A stretch of DNA of 55,345 bases from Candidatus Limnocylindrales bacterium (GTDB lineage Bacteria > Chloroflexota > Limnocylindria > Limnocylindrales > CSP1-4), in contig JBCLDE010000004.1 in NCBI GenBank assembly GCA_038915165.1, positions 1 to 55,345 of the forward strand. Reading direction: 5' to 3'. A program made the position numbers and the translations under genes. Each line of letters starts with the position of its first letter. The first letter of the stretch is position 1. The notes below the pieces were generated by a model, which saw only the letters and a list, made by a program, of their open reading frames with translations, searched no databases and was not told where the DNA came from. This document shows, in pieces, positions 51,518 to 55,345 of this stretch.

Positions 51518-52761
51518 TGGCCGGCCCTCGGGCCGGATCCGACGAGCCGGTCGCGCCGGCGATCCCGATCCAGGCCATCCTCGTGTCGATCGCCGTCTTC
51601 GCCTTCGTCGCGGCCACGAACATCCTCACCCCGCTCCTGCCACTCGTCCGCGACGAGCTGGGGGTGAGCATCTCGACCGCGGGACTGATCGTCGGTTCGT
51701 ATGGCCTCGCACGCCTGATCGTCGACCTGCCGGCGGGCTTTCTCGCCGAGGCGGTCGGATACCGTCGGCTCAGCGTCATCGCGATCGTCCTCCTGTTCGG
51801 AAGCTCGCTCCTTGGATTCGAAGCGGGCAACGTCGAGATGCTGATCGCGGTCCGGATCGGGAGCGGCGCCGCCGTGGCGATGCTCGCGATGGTCTGCATC
51901 TCCGCACTCGCGGCCACCGCGACGAGCGCCACGCGCGGACGGGTCATGAGCCTCTTCCACCTCGCCAACAACGCGGGTATCGCGCTCTATCCGCTCATCG
52001 GCGGTTTCGTCGGGGCGGCCGTCGGCTGGCGGCCGACCTTCCTCATCGCTGCGGCGCTCGCCCTCGTCGCCGGCGCGATCCTCATCGCCGTCCTGCCGCG
52101 CATCGACTTCAGCCACGCGGACAACCGCGGCGGCCGCGACGACGCGAGCCGGGTCCTGCACGGCCGGGCCCGGACGACGACGATGATCGTCACGAACTTC
52201 GGGATCGTGGCCAACATGATCCATCGCCACGGCATCCGGAACACAATCGTGCCGCTCTACGCGGCCGCCGCGCTGGGCCTCGGCGGCGTGTCAATCGCGA
52301 CCGCGATCGCGCTGATGGCGATCACCGGCCTCATCGTCGCGACACCGGGCGGGATGCTCGGCGACCGTGTCGGCCGGCGACGCGTGATCGTGGCCGGTCT
52401 GTCCGCCCTCGCGGTCGCGGACCTGGCCTTCCTGCTGACCAACGACCTCGCGACCTTCCTGATCGTCGCTGCCGTCGTCGGCCTCGGCGACTTCTTCACG
52501 AGCAGTCAGACGGCGCTCCTCTCGGAGATCGTGCCGGCCGCCGACCGTAACCGTTCGCTCAGTGGCTATCGGTTCTCGTCGGACCTCGGCTCGATGATCG
52601 GCCCGATCCTCCTCGCGGCCACCATGGACGCGATCAGTGCGCAGGCGGCGATCATCCTGGCCGCCGTCATCCTGGGGGTCGCTGCCATCACGGCCCATCT
52701 CTTCATCCCGGCCCAGGTGGACACGACTGACCGCGACGCTGCGGCTCCGCTCACGGCATGA
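51517..52761 (+). CDS. MFS transporter
   Basis: 12-TM-type profile. Loop motif 'PAGFLAEAVGYRR'. ATG 51517 overlaps the ATPase stop (TGATG). Confidence 0.8.
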   Translation: MAGPRAGSDEPVAPAIPIQAILVSIAVFAFVAATNILTPLLPLVRDELGVSISTAGLIVGSYGLARLIVDLPAGFLAEAVGYRRLSVIAIVLLFGSSLLGFEAGNVEMLIAVRIGSGAAVAMLAMVCISALAATATSATRGRVMSLFHLANNAGIALYPLIGGFVGAAVGWRPTFLIAAALALVAGAILIAVLPRIDFSHADNRGGRDDASRVLHGRARTTTMIVTNFGIVANMIHRHGIRNTIVPLYAAAALGLGGVSIATAIALMAITGLIVATPGGMLGDRVGRRRVIVAGLSALAVADLAFLLTNDLATFLIVAAVVGLGDFFTSSQTALLSEIVPAADRNRSLSGYRFSSDLGSMIGPILLAATMDAISAQAAIILAAVILGVAAITAHLFIPAQVDTTDRDAAAPLTA

Positions 52762-52804
52762 TGGCACCCACGCCGGCCCGATCGCCCCGAAGGAGCGCTG
52801 CAGC

Positions 52805-53815
52805 ATGACCACCACGCCTCTCGTCCTCGGCTACAAGGCCTCGGCCGAACAGTTTCCGCCGCGACGCCTCCTGGACCTGGCCGTGGCCGCCGAGGGGGCC
52901 GGTTTCGACTCGGTCTGGACGAGCGACCACTTCCAGCCCTGGCGGCACACCGACGGGCACGCACCCAACGCCCTCGTCTGGCTGGGCGCCGCGGCGAATG
53001 CGACGACTCTGGTGACGCTGGGCACGAGCGTGCTGACGCCGTCGTTCCGCTACAACCCGGCGATCGTCGCCCAGGCCTTCGCCACGCTGGGCTGCCTGGC
53101 CCCGGATCGGGTCATCCTCGGGGTCGGGACCGGCGAATCGATGAACGAGGTGCCGGTCGGCGTCACCTGGCCCGACCAGTCCGAGCGCTTCGCCCGGCTG
53201 AAGGAAGCCATCACGCTGATCCAGCAGCTCTTCCGCGAGGAGTTCGTGACGTTCGAGGGCGAGTACTTCAGGACACACAACGCCACGATCTACGACCGCC
53301 CCGAGACGCCGGTGCCGATCTACGTCGCCGCGTCGGGCCCGTCCGCGGCACGCTTGGCCGGCCGGATCGGCGACGGCCTGATCTGCACCTCCGGCAAGGG
53401 CCGGGAGCTCTATACGGAGACCCTGCTGCCGGCCGTTGCCGAGGGAGCCGACAAGGCCGGTCGCGACGCCTCGCGACTGGGCAGGATGATCGAGATGAAG
53501 GTCTCGTTCGACCACGACCGTCAGAAGGCGCTGGAGGACACCAAGATCTGGGCGGCGCTCGCGCTGCCGGGCGACAAGAAGATGGGGGTCGAGGATCCCC
53601 GGGAGATGGAGCGCCTGGCCAAGGAGGCCGAGCCGTTCGCTCACACCCGCTGGCTGGTGTCGTCAGACCCGGACGAGCATGTCGAGCAGATCGCCACCTA
53701 CGTCGGCTACGGGTTCGACCACCTTGTCTTCCATTTCCCGACGAACGAGCAGGAGGCGGCGATCGCCCGCTACGGCGAGGAGATCCTGCCCCGGCTTCGA
53801 GCGCGCTTCGGCTGA
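52805..53815 (+). CDS. fgd: F420-dependent glucose-6-phosphate dehydrogenase
   Basis: Near-colinear similarity to mycobacterial Fgd1 as I recall it: 'LGYKASAEQFPPRRLL', 'SDHFQPWRH', 'GTSVLTPSFRYNPAIVAQAFATLGCL', 'GVGTGE' and 'ICTSGKG'. 'AAGGAG' SD-like sequence upstream of ATG 52805. Confidence 0.9.
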   Translation: MTTTPLVLGYKASAEQFPPRRLLDLAVAAEGAGFDSVWTSDHFQPWRHTDGHAPNALVWLGAAANATTLVTLGTSVLTPSFRYNPAIVAQAFATLGCLAPDRVILGVGTGESMNEVPVGVTWPDQSERFARLKEAITLIQQLFREEFVTFEGEYFRTHNATIYDRPETPVPIYVAASGPSAARLAGRIGDGLICTSGKGRELYTETLLPAVAEGADKAGRDASRLGRMIEMKVSFDHDRQKALEDTKIWAALALPGDKKMGVEDPREMERLAKEAEPFAHTRWLVSSDPDEHVEQIATYVGYGFDHLVFHFPTNEQEAAIARYGEEILPRLRARFG

Positions 53816-53846
53816 TCCGGGGCCGCGGCGCGGGCACAGGCCGCCC

Positions 53847-55345
53847 TCAGGCGCCGGCGACGCTGCGGGCTGCGACCTCGCCGACGAGGATCGCCGCCAG
53901 GTTCGTCGGCGCGTGGGGGATCAGCGGCAGGACGGACGCATCCGCGACCCACAGGTTGTCGAGCCCGTGGACGCGGAGCTGCGGATCGACGACGGCGAGC
54001 GGATCGACGACGGCGCCGATCCGGCACGTACCGACCGCGTGGTTGTACGTGATGTAGGTGGAGCGGACGTGCTCCTCCCAGTCAGCCGGCGACGCGGGCG
54101 AGATGAGCGGTCCGCAGAACGCGGCGAAGCGCGGGTGGGCCGCGATCGCGGCGGCCAGGCGCATCCCCCCGAGCATCGCCTTGGTGTCGTCCGGGTGGCG
54201 AAGAATCGCCGGGTCGACCGCCGGGAGTGCCTGCGGATCGGGGGAGGCCAGCCAGATCCGGCCGCGTGATCGGTGGTCGAGCAGGCGGACCGAGACCAGC
54301 AGCCGTGGCGGTCCACCCGGGACGGCGATCGACGGCCGGTACATGACGTGCAGGTCCGCGTACGGCAGGTCAGGGTCGCTCTTGGCGATCAACCTGATCT
54401 TGGGGATCCGGTGATCGTCGTGGAGCTGCGCCGTGCCCTCGAACGTGAGGTTGACAACGGCGTGGTCCTGGAAGTTCTCGCCGACACCGTCGAGCCGGTG
54501 GGCGACCTCGAGCCCGACCGACTCGATGACCTCAGCCGGCCCGATCCCCGACAGCAGCAGCAGGTGCGGCGACTGGTAGGCCCCCGCAGAGAGGACGACC
54601 CGCTCGGCTTCGACCGTCAGCGGCCCGTCCGGCGTCAACAACTCGACGCCGCGGACCCGGGTGCCGTCGAGCAGGAGCCGGGTCGCCATCGTGTCCGACA
54701 GGATCGTGAGGTTGGCCCGGTGCCGGGCAGGATCGAGGTAGGCGGCGGCCACGGTCTGACGTTGCCCATCGACCAGGTTGTAGGGCGAGGCGCAGAGCCC
54801 CAGCGGCTCCGGGACGTTCGGATCGTCGCAGCGCGGCAGGCCCAGGTCCGTGATCGCATCGACCAGCGCCTGGACGGGCGGATCGGACACGTCGTCGGGC
54901 CACCACGGCCGGCGCAGGCGGATGGGACCGCCTCGCCCGTGGTTCGGCTCGTCACCGAAGTCCGGGTCGTCCTCGATGGAGCGCATCAGCGGCAGGAGTG
55001 CGTCGTACGACCAGGCCGGCCCGCCGAATTCCTGCCAGTCGTCGAAGTCGCGCCGGATCGGCCGGAGGATCGACAGGTTGTTGACCGCCGAACCGCCGCC
55101 CATCACCCGTCCGGAGATGAGTGAGAACGTCGAGCCATCGGCACGCTCGACCGGGTAGCGGCGAACGAGCGACGGCTCACGGATGACCTCGCCTTGGCGC
55201 CGTGGATCGGTGATGACGGCGGGGACCGGCTGCGGGTCCGATCCCGCCTCGACGAGGAGCACACGTCGGGCAGGATCCTCGCTCGTGCGGGCGGCGATGA
55301 CGCAGCCGGCAGAGCCGCCACCGATCACGAGGAGGTCGAAGCGGG
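53847..55345 (-). CDS. GMC-family FAD oxidoreductase (choline/alcohol dehydrogenase-like), N-terminus cut by window edge
   Basis: 'DLLVIGGGSAGCVIAARTSEDP' FAD motif sits right at the window edge. C-terminal GMC blocks 'HAVGTCRIG' and 'GLDNLWVADASVLP'. The reading frame stays open to base 55345. Confidence 0.85.
   Translation of the reverse strand, partial: RFDLLVIGGGSAGCVIAARTSEDPARRVLLVEAGSDPQPVPAVITDPRRQGEVIREPSLVRRYPVERADGSTFSLISGRVMGGGSAVNNLSILRPIRRDFDDWQEFGGPAWSYDALLPLMRSIEDDPDFGDEPNHGRGGPIRLRRPWWPDDVSDPPVQALVDAITDLGLPRCDDPNVPEPLGLCASPYNLVDGQRQTVAAAYLDPARHRANLTILSDTMATRLLLDGTRVRGVELLTPDGPLTVEAERVVLSAGAYQSPHLLLLSGIGPAEVIESVGLEVAHRLDGVGENFQDHAVVNLTFEGTAQLHDDHRIPKIRLIAKSDPDLPYADLHVMYRPSIAVPGGPPRLLVSVRLLDHRSRGRIWLASPDPQALPAVDPAILRHPDDTKAMLGGMRLAAAIAAHPRFAAFCGPLISPASPADWEEHVRSTYITYNHAVGTCRIGAVVDPLAVVDPQLRVHGLDNLWVADASVLPLIPHAPTNLAAILVGEVAARSVAGA

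Noticed and set aside
49581-52761. Calling the TRIP13-like ATPase locus a CBASS anti-phage system.
   Set aside because: No CD-NTase, HORMA-like or effector (nuclease, TM-toxin or patatin) ORF is present on either strand. The flanking genes have clear bicupin and MFS signatures. Only the ATPase family matches.

Overview
GC-rich (about two-thirds G+C by eye) bacterial chromosomal segment that is almost entirely coding. I call 48 protein genes. One is frameshifted and one is cut by the right window edge. I found no rRNA, tRNA, CRISPR array, transposase, integrase or phage gene. Most genes are catabolic and sit in tightly packed, often start/stop-overlapping operons. There are three xanthine-dehydrogenase/CoxLMS-type molybdenum hydroxylases, each with a different subunit architecture. 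There are also six amidohydrolase-superfamily genes (three cyclic HxH amidohydrolases, one amidohydrolase_3, one amidohydrolase_2, one M20 deacylase) and a duplicated two-gene cassette of an alpha/beta-fold protein plus a cyclic amidohydrolase. Further catabolic genes include a UbiD decarboxylase, a P450 with its ferredoxin, an arylamine N-acetyltransferase, a NicX/M29-like protein, a bicupin dioxygenase, a Rieske protein, a ThDP enzyme, a PrpF-like isomerase with an ICL/PEP-mutase-family lyase, an isochorismatase-like amidase, an asparaginase and an aspartate dehydrogenase. Transport is covered by a NitT/TauT-type ABC importer, four MFS transporters, a TauE-like exporter and mntH at the left edge. 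The F420-dependent glucose-6-phosphate dehydrogenase (fgd) and luciferase-like (LLM) oxidoreductases point to an F420-using organism (Actinobacteria/Chloroflexi-like; this is inference only). My overall reading is an island for hydroxylation, ring opening, decarboxylation and de-amidation of N-heterocyclic or aromatic-amine compounds, of the pyridine-carboxylate, pyrimidine or hydantoin type. The substrate cannot be read from the sequence. The most unusual single element is a TRIP13/Pch2 (CBASS Cap6)-type AAA+ ATPase translationally linked to a bicupin dioxygenase and an MFS transporter, with no HORMA or CD-NTase partner. All family assignments rest on motif recognition by eye, not on database searches. 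Start codons were refined from the ORF track using overlaps and Shine-Dalgarno-like sequences and remain provisional.
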